Positions 50,301 through 62,593 of a stretch of 64,000 nt of DNA are shown piece by piece. The notes under the pieces were generated by a model. That model made no database searches. It was not told the DNA's origin and worked only from the letters and a program-made list of their open reading frames with translations. A program made the translations under genes and the position numbers. Source of the stretch: Tubulanus polymorphus. Lineage: Eukaryota > Animalia > Nemertea. The stretch's first letter is position 1, and each line of letters begins with the position of its first letter. Location: positions 20,025,245-20,089,244 of the forward strand of contig NC_134028.1 of assembly GCF_964204645.1 (NCBI RefSeq), in the 5' to 3' direction.

Positions 50301-53300
50301 CTGGGGCTAATTCAATCGAAAATGAATTAAGTAAGCCCCCGGGTTAAAGGTAATACAATTCTATAAGACCGGCCCCAGTAGTTTCTTTCTAAATCCCCAT
50401 ATTAGGTAGCATATTATTGCCGCACGTGTGACGAACCACTGGCCAATCAAATGACTGTACATAGACGTAATGTCTTGTCGGGATATATAAGATTATGTGA
50501 GTGACTGTTACCTGATATCTCTAAACGTAGAAGTTTTCAAACAAATGATGGTTACTCGATACCAAAAATAGCGATTTAATTGAAAATAGACGTTCTCGGA
50601 TTTTGAGAGTAATTTGATATTTTTTGGGAGAAGTAGAACTCCTCTAAATGAGTAGCAAATACTCTCAAATAGCAGTCAGTTCTGCGTGAGGCAGAAAGTC
50701 TCTGAACCCTCAAATCGGCTTTTCTTCAATATATAATATATAAAAATATACAAAAGATTACAATTGTGGGCAAACCACAAATGGCATCAATTTATCTTTG
50801 TTTTGCTTTCCGAGCGCAGGGACAAGATGGCGGGAAGTGCCCATTTTTATACTTACCGAAACTCCTTCAAAACTGACATCATTCATGGCATTCAAAGACA
50901 CGTCGTAGGTGCCCGATTTTGTGTACGAACGAGTAGTTCGGTTTTCGGTAGTTTCATTCGTCGCTGAACCGTTCGCGGAGAATTTCCAAACATATTTCAC
51001 GTCACTGCCGTAATGAGGCGGTATTGAGAATGTCACTGTTTCGTTTGTTTTTGCTTCGATGAAAGAAAGAAATTAGGTTTTCTCAGTTCATGAACTGTTT
51101 GTAAGTAGACGAGAGAAATCCCACAATAATTCAGTCAAAGATGAAAAATTCTTGAATGGATCGGTATATATTTTGAGCAACGTTTAGCCATCATCAGGCG
51201 TACTGAGAAACAAAATGAAACAGCAGAATATATAAAAATTCTCGACATATATAATCTTCTATTCAAGAATTTTTCATCTTTTGACAGAATTATTGTGGGA
51301 TTTCTCCCGTCAGCCATCTAGCGCGGATAGTGTGTATCTGTTAGTAAGTATGCCTGGTGATGAATGCTGTTGCACTGTTATTTGATACATATCGTCTGCG
51401 TGTAACCTACCGGCGGCAGGTGAATCAATCTTCACATTTCTAATCGGCACAAGAACGTTGACGGTCACCGTTGAATTTTCACCGCCGAACACCGAAGCGG
51501 TCACGTTGAACGTATCCTTCGTTGATTGTGGTGTATAGGTGTGAGCGAATCGCACTTCAAGAGCGCGAAGAAAATGAGCTTGAACCATTATCCGGTAATC
51601 GCGTGTTGAGTGTTTCGATGCCACGTTATTCCCGCGTACGGAGGTATATGCAGTGATCGGAAACTTTCTCAGCGTCACACTCGGGCTTTGAACAACGATG
51701 ACGTCGCCCGGCTCAACGGTAGTGTTACCAGTCACTATCTGAAACGTCTGTCTACCGGGCTTCGATATCGATTGCGAAATAGAAACGACCGTCCTGAAGA
51801 ATCTGTGTACTTTATCGTAATTCTTGAAATAGCTTTGAATCTTCACTTTCCCGGCGCTGTCGACGCATGCTTTCTTTTGGAAACTGTACACCGATGGCGA
51901 CTGACATTTCAAAGCCCAGACTGATTCAGTTTTCGAGCATTGCGTTAAAACAGGGTCGATGCAACTGTACGAATAGAGACAAAACACCTTCCAAGGTAGA
52001 AGGCAATTGGGCCGCTGTATCTAAACGATAATATACACGCGATGTGAAAATTCCTTCCAATTTGCGCTTTTCAATCACTCATATTTCAGTATAATCCATC
52101 ACTCATTAAAGCTAAAATTACTCAAGAATGGTTATTATGTATTCATGTTACATAATCTATCGTTAAAAACAAAAGCTTTGAACATTTGAAATGTCAGCGC
52201 CATCAAAATTACATCTCGTCAGGATTTGTCACTGAAGAACAGTAGTATTTTTTCAAATAAACTTAATTTTTCCTAAACCCTAAACCAAGTAGTTTCTTAA
52301 TTAGGGGATTTCAGCGCCCTTTTTCCCTAATCAATTTTGGGAGAAATTTTGAATAGGTTAGATAAGAAATGAAAAGTGATCATAATAACAGACAATTATG
52401 ATATCGGGTCCTTGATTTCGGTTTTTCATCGATGATGGATTGCCGTGCATTAATAAGATATAAACCTCACCTCGAATGTGAAATCCCCGATTTTTCCAAC
52501 GTCTATCTCATATTGTCCTATGGTGCCGTGATATCTAATGATATCATTAAGTAGATAATGCTTTTTCTCGATGCTTGCAGTTGTGCAATTGTTTTCCGGA
52601 CATTCGGTCGTTCCCACTGAGAACACGGTTGACTCTGCAATTTAGATCAGATAATGGAAAGAACATAAAACAATAGAATTAGTTTGCTCTAGACTCTATA
52701 GCATTTTTGAGGATTTGAGTGACCATGGGTTTGCTTAAGCACTAGCCGCCTCGGTACATGCTTTATTAGGTCAGGTAGTTACTTAGACCTTAACTTATGT
52801 GTCAAGTTTTTCTGAAGACGTTTTACGTTATTTAATTGATCGTATGTTCAACGCAATTCTGTCAAATTGTCAGTTAGTGAGTTTAGTTAGTGAGTTAGTG
52901 AGTGATTTTCATATACCTAGGAACGGTTGCTCAAAGGTTGGTCAAACTTTTAACCGTCGGTCAAATTGGGTTGCTCAAGAATTAGAAAGTTAGAAGAGAA
53001 AGGTTGCATTTTGAAAGAGAGGACCTTGGAAGAGGCACAGATAGAATTCGCACCACAACATTACGTTTCAATCAAGTATTCAATCAAGTATTATTATTTT
53101 TTCTCTAAAATTGGTTTCCTTTTTTTTCAATTTTTCTGTCATTATCAATCAAAACAGACTCCATTCAAAGTGCGACAGGGCATATGAAAACTGGGCCAAC
53201 GAGTGAATTAATGATTTAACCACTGGTTAAGGAACCTGACCCACCGATTGGCAAACCGAGGTTTTGAGGAACTGAATTTAACCTGTGGTTAACTAACCGA

Positions 53301-56300
53301 TGGTTAGGGACTTATCCACCGGTTATTTTAACCAACCTTTGAGCAACCGGTCCCAGTATCGATTGAGTTGTCATTTTCGGATACCTTGATTGTCGAATCT
53401 CAGTACGGTGCCGTCATCTAGATCAACATCCAGTTTTCTAGCTTTGACGCCTTGAACAAGTTGAACGGTACATTCAAATCTCTGCGACTCGTTCACCGAA
53501 GACGGGCATTGCAAATGCGGTCTAAACAATATTTCCTCAACCTGATGACGAAATAGCTTTTTTACCCAATTGATAACAATATACATATCGAAATAGAAAA
53601 AAAAGATCTTTTGGTTAAAAAGATGATCGTTATGATCCCATCTCTAATAGTAAGATATAGGCTTATCAAATATATCAGTGCAAGGATATTTTATTTATTT
53701 TTACATTGCTTTTGAAAAAAAGAGAAAAATGATAAGCCATATTCCAAATTCCATAAGTGATGAGGGCACGCGACTATTCTTTATCTTTTAATTAGGGAAA
53801 TTTAGGCGTTAACGACCATGTATCATGATGTAATGTAAAGCTGCACTTCGTTATCAAATTACTCCTGCTAAGTAACAATTGGGTAGCAACCGTGAAGAAA
53901 AACAAAAAGTAGGGGAGAGTTTAAAAAAGAAACGAAACCAGATTTCTGTCTGCGGGATACGCATTTTTTCATTTTTATACCGACGAACTTTTTTGACGCG
54001 TGCGGAAAATGAAACTGATGAGAAACAAACAATTTTTGCATGGTTTTCTACAATTATTATTCCGAACTTATGCTGTACGTGTTTTTATATTATGGTGGCT
54101 GATTCGGGCCATACTAACAAATTTCACATTGGCCCTTTTTGGTTTTCTCGTGCGAGAATTCAAAACATTGTGGTTCTCTCGCACGAGATCTCAAAACTTT
54201 TGGTTTTCTCGCGCAAGACTTCAAAAAGTTTTGAATTCTCGCGCGAAAAAAACCAAAAAGGGCCAATATGGAAATTTTTGTATCGTTGCTCTAGCCGTAC
54301 AGAAAATTTTATAGTATGGTCCGAATCAGCCACCATATTATATGGCCTAAAAAGGAATATAAACATTCAATACGCTATATCTCTAACCCATGCAGCAAAA
54401 AGTTGTACAAGTTAAAATCTACGTTGTAATACGTGTGTGGTTTTTATATTTGTATTATTTATTACATTTCATGTAGTTCTACCGTCCATGCTCATTCCAT
54501 GGACGTATAAACTAAGAGTCTATAATATATATAGACGTATAATATATATAGACGTACTAATCTAGTTTATACGTCCATGCTCAGTCTAAGTGCGTAACTA
54601 ACATCTCATGAATGAGATCTGGTGATCTTTGTATTGAATCTCGCATTTGGTGTACTGACGCAGTGGTCATTTCATGTTCCTATTAATGATCTCAAATCTT
54701 ATGTGTTCAATTTTTTTGTGAAATTCTTGACTATTTTCTCTAGTTAAAACTAAGTGGATGATATCGTATCAATACGGTTGTTCGAATTCCTGGTTATCAT
54801 TAACTTGCGATAATGTGTAATTTTGTACATTTATTTGGTTTGTTGTTTCCTGTTTTTTTTTGGAACGGCATTTATGACGAACGATGACTTATGTTTAGAC
54901 ATTGAGCGTATATTTCAATTCGTGTTTGGTGTCTATATAACGTTGTGTTGTCGTCATTTTCCTTCAAAACGTACCTGAATCAATTTCGAAGATCGCTTGA
55001 AGTTAAGCGTGTCCTGAACAGTGACCCCTATCGCTTGTTTCCCGGCGCCAACGACTTGCGTTGTGACGTTACCTGTTGTCTGAGGTACACGTCGGGGCCG
55101 ATCGGAAAATACGAACGTAAAATTTACCGTAGAATTTACCGATGTCAGTGAAGATGGGTAGATGTGCACGTTTGCGTCACTGAATAGGTCAAATTTTCCT
55201 GATAAAAGAAAAGTTAACGAATTTTGAATTATTTAGAATAGGACCGTTACTGTTACACGTAATTCACGTTTCTCGAACATTAATATCATTGTGATTGGTT
55301 ATACAGTTATTTTGAACTGCAGAGGGATCCTTAAACTTTTACTTTGGGACCCGCGTTCTATTCATTTCATATTGATTTCGCAATAATTGAAATACGTACC
55401 GTCTGGGCGACTACCTGTTACATTTAGTCCTATTGTCTTCAGGCTAACGGGCGCAGTGTAAACTGACCAAGCGTTTTTAGTTCCACCGCAATAAAAGGAG
55501 CTATTTCCCAGACACGGCATCGTGCATTGGGACGATCCATTGCCAGGTTGCAAGCGTCCGCACAGGCATACACTACCTTCTGTCACGCCCGCATATCTGT
55601 AATATTTATGATTTATTTACCCCGCTGTTTTATCATGTGCATTATATCATTCTGATTCGTGGGTATGAATAAAAAAGAAACAAACAGACCCGTAGCCAAT
55701 CAAAGAACATTGCTGTTGGCAGATTGACGGTTCCATCTGAGAAAGGGAGGCTCCGATCTTCGCTACGGTAAGTGCGGTGTTTTCCGTTTCCTCAAAGCAT
55801 CCGACAAAGCCTGTGAAATAAGGAAAATAGGTCCCAAGTCAGATATACGTCAATAGCTTTTTCTATTGCATATAATATATTGTCACTATCGGACTCAAAA
55901 TGTTCAGACCCTTCAGTTGTCGATTTAGCTCGGTTCCGTCGATACAAAAAAAATTGATATATGAACAACATGTCAACAGACACTATTGCATTTTTCCGTG
56001 ATGGCACTGGTTTGGCTAATCTTCGCATTCTTCCAAATCAAATCGTACGCTTGCTTCTCTAGACGATTAACGTATTCGATAAACATAACTTTTTAGCTAA
56101 CCTCGTAATCGTAAAACTCAAATTCCCGGTTCTTTTCATGTTTGGTTATGATATGAACGCAGTTTTGTATATTGAACACGGAACATTAGACCGGGACATA
56201 AGGCCTTATTGGCTTTTACTGGAAAGAAGATATCCTATCGTCAAACTATTAAGAACCGCAGTCAGTCGTTAAACTTGATTTCGCCAGTAACCGGCCTGGC

Positions 56301-59300
56301 TCAATTTCCACTGCCCTAAAATTTGACGAACTAATTAACTTCCGATTGATCAAAATTTTATCTATTAAATCTATTAGAATTATGAACATTCGTTGAATCT
56401 CCCATAATCAATTTTTCGAATAAATATATATTTCTAGAACTTGACTCTCCCTCTTAGAACAAATGGTTCTTCGGGGGTTCTTCGAAGAACCTTGGGGTTC
56501 TTGGTGAGGCTTTAAGGTGCTTCAACAATATGGAATGTAGATTGGGGTTCTTCGAGACATAAGGGTTCTTATAAGAACCCTAATGTGGTCACAATTGTCA
56601 ATTAAGAATTAAGTAGACCTGCAACAGGGAATAATTAGTATAGCTGATGAATATAACTGATTTTCTATGTGGTGTACGTTATATACAAAACATTTTGACT
56701 GGAAATTAGAATTGGGTTAACTTTGAAAACAATTTACTATGTATCATCACAATATTTAAAAAATGGTGACTGTGTGCGACAAGGATGCATTTTTAAAATT
56801 AATGAACCTTTATTTTAATTCGTTCTTTAAGATTTAAAAAGTCGTATGTTTAAAATCAGTGGTGAACGCCTTTAGCGTGTGATAATAATATGTAGAGACT
56901 GAATAACTTGATTTGCTAGTCTGCGACATCGACTGATAATAGTATGTAGAGACTGAATAACTTGATTTGCTAGTCTGAGACATCGACTAGGTTTTATGGA
57001 GAGACGGCAGAGAAAAGAACAATGCTTTTTAATGCTTTAAAAAAACAATTAAACTCTTCTAAACTCTAGGCGTTTCTGAATGGACTGTGCAGTTTAAAAA
57101 GAACTAGTAAATTCAAAGTTCTAATGCAACTCAAAAATGAGAATCGTGTGTATTTTCGGCTCAATTTCTATCAAAACATTCAGTCGAAGTCTTTGTACGT
57201 TGAATAAAAACATAGAGTATAGTGGAAATTCAAAGTAACGTAATGCTTTGGGCCTAATAAGTATCATGCTATTGTAGTTTCGTGCCTATAGGGCCATGTG
57301 TACATGATCAGGCAATTATTCCTTTGTTCATGCAACTAACTGTTGTATAATTATCTGCCACCACGACTCATACAAACTTCGCTCAGTGCATAGTGCATAT
57401 AGTATATCGACTCGTTCTTTTCGTTGTTTTGTAAGATGAATATCTGGAGCTTGGAAATGTGAATTAATTCTGGTAAGTTGTATTCAATGAATGTATATAA
57501 CATTTGTGATATTTGAAATATATGAAATATAGGCCATAAAGCCGGAGTGACTCGGAATCAGATCAGCCATAATTATTATTTAAAACTTTTGTATTTTAGA
57601 AATTGTTCCATGGAAGTTGACCATATTGTGAGACCGCGGTGCAAAAGATGTTTTTCCAATCTCGGACCTATGGCGGAAAGAATTATAGAAATGTACGAAG
57701 TCTGTACATATGGCAATCGTGTCGCTTCCTTCCTTCGAAGCAGCGAAATTGCAGAAACAGGTTAGTAAATCTTGACTCGATGAGCCTTTACTGTGTGACT
57801 GTATTTTGATAGAAGATAATCATTTTCAATCTACATATTCACTGGTTTTCAGATATGATGAGAACTGCAGAGCTTCACGTATTACCAAGGATTATGAGAG
57901 AGGATGCGAAAGACCTGAAAACCATTAAAAAGGTTCGCATTTTTCTGAATCTAATCCCACTGTTGACTTTAACCGTTTGTCTTTTCTATTGATAAATGTA
58001 TTTGGAACTTATGCATGTAATACAAGAAAGTGTTTAGATTTACTTGCAGAGTGTGCATTATTGCAAAACATAATCGATTTTATTACACCATTAATTGTTC
58101 TCAATATTATTTATATTTCAGGAAATATACGACTATAATCCGGACGCTGCGGTTGAAAGGCTGCGAGGGTGGCAGCGCGTTGAAACAAACATATTTAAGA
58201 AGATGGCTTAGAGTTAATTGAAAGTGGACAGATTCTCAATAAGCGGATTGGCCTGCCATAAGTCGGCCTATTATACGTTTAGCATATCATCTTACATCTT
58301 ATCCCACTAACTTTTAAAAAACTTTGATATTCTCAGAACATTATGTTTTTGACTTACTATGGAAAAAACCAACCAATTTAAGATACCAAGCGATTAGCGC
58401 ACTGAAAATAATTCTCCATCTTTCAATCTTATTGTACATGTAACCAATTAGTGAAACTATTTTTGTATCATTCATTGTAAACATATTAATCATTAATATT
58501 TCAATTCATGAGATTTTACAATAAAAAGCTTTATATGATATTAATTTTACGCGATTCTTATCATCAGTTTTTTTATCCACATGAGGATTAAGGGAGCAGT
58601 CAAACATAACAGAGGATGGACAAATCATGAAAAGCTTGAGCAGTCAAAAAATGGATAAGGAACCCTTAAAATAAATTACCTTTAAATTGTTCTCCCAAGA
58701 ACCCTGTCAAGAACCATTTGATAATATTGAAAGGGTTCTAACAAGAATCCTTTATACGAAATGGTTCTTCAAAGAACCTTTACCAGGGGTTCTTCAAGGA
58801 ACCCTACAAAAAAGGTTCGTTGAAGAACCTTTAGGGGTTCTCCCTGGGAGGCAAGCCCAAGAACCCCTAAAGGTTCTACGGTAGAACCCTTTGTTCTAAG
58901 AGTGGTCAGTTTTAATGATCATTAAAACTGACCAAAATCGAGTTCATTTTGATTAATATTTTTTTGAGGCGCATAGTTCGCCTGGAGAAAAGGCTGCGCG
59001 TGTATTAACTAAATCGCTGTTACACTGAATGTTGATGTCGGATAATTTAAAATGAAAAATTACATTTTAACTTTTCTAGCGTTAGTAAAAGCTACGAGCA
59101 ACTGAGCCACACAGGACTATTTTCTGACCACCCTTGACGGATTATTCCGTCGCAAATAATATGTTCACTTGACAATTTGCTGGTGTGTAACCGTGGAGAA
59201 CGTCGCCTTCAATATAGTTTCACTTACTCATAGATGACGAGCGCCTCAATTGTAGAATTGAATGATGCCATCGGGTTCGAATCCCGCCCCATGGAAGAAA

Positions 59301-59650
59301 ATATCAACAAGACGTATATCTATAGTTAAATTGACAACTTCAATTTGAGTGGCAAACAAGTAGGCACTATGAATTAGTTTTTTCTGTAGGTTTTAGCAGT
59401 ATTTTGAAAACATGTCATGATCTACCAAGCCCATTGTTGATCATGCACTAATGTTTATTTGTTCAATATTAGGTAATCAGTTTTAAGCAAGAAACTGATA
59501 GAAATCAGACAATCACAAGTGATCAATTCAAGCCATTCGATCAAAATACAATGATCGATCCACAAATTGACCAATAATTACTGGTGAAAAATTTCTTGTT
59601 ACATCTATTTGGTTATAAAAAAACCAACTGATAGCCTGACCTAAGCTTTC

Positions 59651-59734
<84 letters not shown>

Positions 59735-60022
59735 TTGAGAAAATTTTCCGGTGAGAGGCGTTACATAATCTGTGGTAGCGAAAAAGTAAAAAAAAAGCTC
59801 ACTTTGATGATCCGAGCCCGACAAATAATTAATGATTATATGCTACGAAGAAAATAATTTGAACGACGATAGACCAAAATATCGAAAAAATTAATCGTGT
59901 AGATCATCTCTGGATCATTATATAAAAACGAACCGAATCTTACCTGGGCCGTCTGTTGGTGGAGCAGGGGTTGTCGTTAGAACTCTCGGTATATAAATAA
60001 AAACCACTAACATTAGAAACAT
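29311..60022 (-). CDS. Polycystin-1 family (PKD1-like/REJ) protein, multi-exon gene
   Basis: Signal-peptide exon 59944-60022. WSC exons 55690-55810 and 55400-55596. PKD repeats in exons between 46302 and 55198 (large exons 48758-49513, 46302-48581). REJ motifs (LPTG..NDY.L.V...D.LGA at 43022-43152), GAIN (VPGDEP), GPS CKCTHL/TT, PLAT, FTRVQRLTCC, polycystin/TOP domain (YSGGGYVV, WLDKNTR), S1-S6 and a coiled-coil last exon 29311-29489. Phases I checked are consistent. Confidence 0.95.
29740..29843 (-). mobile_element. 104-bp Penelope-like remnant in the last PKD intron
   Basis: 13-bp direct repeat TACTTTTGGTATA at 29727-29739 and 29844-29856; contains a hammerhead core on the minus strand. 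Confidence 0.75.
29787..29826 (-). ncRNA. Minimal type I hammerhead ribozyme motif (PLE type)
   Basis: CAC-CUGAUGA-A-GCUUCU(AUGCUA)AGUAGC-GAAA-GCUU-GUG, with palindromic AAGCUU in place of stem III. Confidence 0.8.
30701..30943. mobile_element. PIF/Harbinger-type MITE
   Basis: Termini AGCGCAACGTACAC / GCGTTCGTTGGGCT in TTA/TAA context; internal GAAACAC/GTGTTTC repeats. Confidence 0.55.
36714..37377 (-). other. PLAT/LH2 domain exons of the PKD1-like gene
   Basis: YIYEILVTTG..AGTTAQVSFVLTGEDG..GPR..L / F...PKPLGNL..LR.WHDNGG.NPSWFF.Q..V.D / F.CDKWLAVE..DG. Confidence 0.9.
37790..38330 (-). other. GPS autoproteolysis motif of the PKD1-like gene
   Basis: CLYWNTKTEEWSNAGCT|VGDLTTSDSTQCKCTHL^TTFG, canonical HL/T. 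Confidence 0.9.
41569..41686. mobile_element. Small MITE (AACCCTTTCAGTGC-type TIR)
   Basis: AAACCTTTCAGTGC ... GCACCGAAAGGGTTT. Confidence 0.5.
50264..50378. mobile_element. Palindromic MITE
   Basis: CTGGGCCCGATTTTATAGA..GTATTACCTTTAA / TTAAAGGTAATAC..TCTATAAGACCGGCCCCAG. Confidence 0.7.
51109..51311. mobile_element. MITE with ~50-bp TIRs
   Basis: GAGAAATCCCACAATAATTCAGTCAAAGATGAAAAATTCTTGAAT and its reverse complement at 51261-51307. A related end occurs at ~44430-44460. Confidence 0.8.
52917..53356. mobile_element. MITE with internal insertion
   Basis: CTAGGAACGGTTGCTCAAAGGTTGGTCAAA / TTTAACCAACCTTTGAGCAACCGGTCCCAG. Confidence 0.7.
54091..54337. mobile_element. IS3EU-type MITE
   Basis: TIR TATGGTGGCTGATTCGGGCCATACTA / TAGTATGGTCCGAATCAGCCACCATA, 6-bp TSD TTATAT, internal ~29-bp TTTTCTCGYGCGAGA repeats. 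Confidence 0.7.
54498..54579. mobile_element. 82-bp P-element-type micro-MITE
   Basis: CATGGACGTATAAACTA / TAGTTTATACGTCCATG; 7-bp TSD CTCATTC/CTCAGTC. Confidence 0.7.
56449..58904. mobile_element. CACTA/EnSpm (CMC) non-autonomous element in PKD intron 1
   Basis: TIR (C)CTCTTAGAACAAA.GGTTCT / AGAACCCTTTGTTCTAAGAGTG, dense GAACCC/GGGTTC subterminal repeats, and decayed coding-like interior at ~57540-58350. Confidence 0.8.
56881..56988 (+). repeat. 54-bp tandem duplication
   Basis: GATAAT.RTATGTAGAGACTGAATAACTTGATTTGCTAGTCTG.GACATCGACT twice. Confidence 0.9.
59654..59729. repeat. (TA)n microsatellite
   Basis: Uninterrupted TA run of about 38 units. Confidence 0.98.
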
Positions 60023-62593
60023 GATTGCTTTCTTCCGAAATCTGGAATGAGAAATACGAAAATACATTGTACATGAAAAAAAATGATTTTCATTATTGTG
60101 GAGAGCAGGATAATTCAATTTCGTTCTATTCGTCATAATTTATCATAAGTACGTGATTGTAAATGAAAACAAGATCAACATCTCAAATCCCCTTCTCGAA
60201 ACTCACTCGATCGAATGGAGTTGTAAGTTGGCCTAATTGGAAATCAGTCTCATCAGGTTGCGAGAAGTAACTCAAAGTATTTTCTATCATTCGAACTTCG
60301 CAGAACAATCTATATTATACGTAGTTACCTTTTATTTACTACTTTTAACCACGGATGCATAAGTGATTATTTCTTTAAAACTTGCCTTATTACGAAGAAT
60401 TGCTGAATCGATGTAACCGCATCCTCGATGGTGTTCGCATTATTCAAAACTATTTGCATGTACTTCGTGGCAATAGTTTCAACAAGGCGACAACTCGCAG
60501 CGTGAATATGAATAAAACATATAATGCCTGTAAACATGAGCTTTTTCCATATATTTCATTAAATATTTTAGACCAACGCGCACTCTTCAAAATGAAATAT
60601 TGGACAATTGAGATCGAACGCTATATTCAGAATTGTTGTCGTGAAATGTTCGGGCCAACCTGTACATCGCGCCATCATAATACTTAGGCCATAATTCGAA
60701 CAATAACCGTGGCTTATTGATTGTTGCAATACTTGAGAGACATTTTCCAAAGATCTTTAGAATTTGAGATAAAACTTAGGTGCATTTTAGAAGGGCCAGT
60801 GTAAAGGGTGGTGTCCGAAGAAAATATAGACCATTTAAGGAAATCGGTTTGTGAAGTTGGTGAAATCTTATTTGAACGACGTGTTCTCGGTAGATGGCTA
60901 GTAAACCCATCCACAGGCGATCGGGAGGCCCTGGATTAGGTATTAAATGTATGCGCATGTTAATTGAAGGACAATAAGGAACTGTATGGGTACATATGGG
61001 TATTTCTGTATTTGGCGGTATCGTCAGTTTGTCGGTCTGTCCGCACAGAAACTTCAATGTGCGGAGCTGAATTGCATACTTCATCTATTTTTCATAATGT
61101 AACCTTGTACTGTTCCATACTTGACTTGAACTGTCGCGATGACACGACAACGTAGCAACACATTTAGCATTGAAGTGGTGACAGGTGAAAACTAAATATC
61201 CGATGCTACTGAAAGCTTACAGTTACTACACGGTTTTGCGATGTCTCGGACCTTCGTTTTCAGAATCGAACATGTCGTATTTTAGACCGAAAGGAGTTAT
61301 TGTCATCAATCTATATTGAAAAAAACCTTCCCTTACGTTAGGGTTCTAAACCATAATTTTGGCGATTGAAAGAGCCGCCATTTTGTGTACCGCACTGTGA
61401 TAGGCTCTAGATTTTCAACAAGAGTGATATATAACACTATCAACAGTTGTCAAGTACTCTTCTGTAAGGTGCATATATTAAATACTTTGAGGCAGTTACC
61501 GTAAAAACGGTCTAAAAATGTATGCACCACAAAGGTTTATGTCAAGATACTGCTCCCTCTAGATCGATTTCTTACCGAAAGATTCAAAAACATATTTATG
61601 TTCGTCTTTCGTTTGTATTTGAAAATCCGAAAATCGAATTTAAACTGATTATCACTATAGTCTAATGCCGTTGTTGGCCCCTTATTATGTCCTCCCCGCA
61701 GGTGGAATCGACCTAGGCTTTCCCATTCGTATCGGACCTATTATTGACTGCATCTGCCCTCATTTACTAGGATTTAGTACCGTTAGAGATTTTAACTCCG
61801 CGCCGCTACGGTTTGGGGCGTGTATCAGTCGGTCAAGTAACAGTGGCCAATCAATGCGGATAGTGTTGGTTTCATCAGACATTTGTGACAAGCTTGTTTG
61901 AAGAAAATAAAGTCATACATCGTTATCAAGAGTTTTAGAAGAAAGTATTGTTAACATTGTAAACTTATCATGACCCAACTTATAATGACCGTGTTACAAC
62001 ACTATTGCGTAGTACCATGGACTCAGTCAATGGTAGTACGTAATAAAGATAAGTCGGTGAAAGATATTCCAAGTGATGGTGTTGTTTTCTACCAATGTCT
62101 GATATTGGTGATTGGTGTATCTAACCGAAATGTCCACAAATACAGCCAAATCATCGGCACAACCGTGGTTACATTTGGCGTATTCTAAAAGGAATTGCCT
62201 TCAATTTAAATCCTTCGGTTTTGAATAGACACAATTTGCTAGCATGGGATATTTTGCATCCAGGAGATTTTTTTTTTTAGAATTCACCTCGAACTAATTG
62301 GTAACTTAATAACTCAATACCGAGTCAACATGTGTTACGTTTCATGAATTTAAAACTCGAAATCTTAGAGTATCGAATATACAATTTAAAAAGCTTGTGC
62401 TATCAATAGAGTATCAAATATCTCATCTAGAACCTGTAATTCAATGATAGAATATATAAGAGTTAATGCTCGTGCCAATATAATATATCTCGAATTCCCT
62501 CCAGCTGATAAACCTCGGGTCCTTTACTCAGCGATGACGTCTGTTACGAATTCATCTGACGGGTCGTGCGTAAAAACTTTACCAATACGATAA

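Noticed and set aside
53879-54415. 178-aa ORF
   Set aside because: Runs through the IS3EU-type MITE repeats; no domain signature.
56101-56218. Exon-like segment in PKD intron 1
   Set aside because: Stop codons in the frames tested; exon 1 already splices in phase to 55810.
59273-59286. GGTTCGAATCCC B box, possible tRNA gene
   Set aside because: No cloverleaf or correctly spaced A box; at most a SINE fragment.
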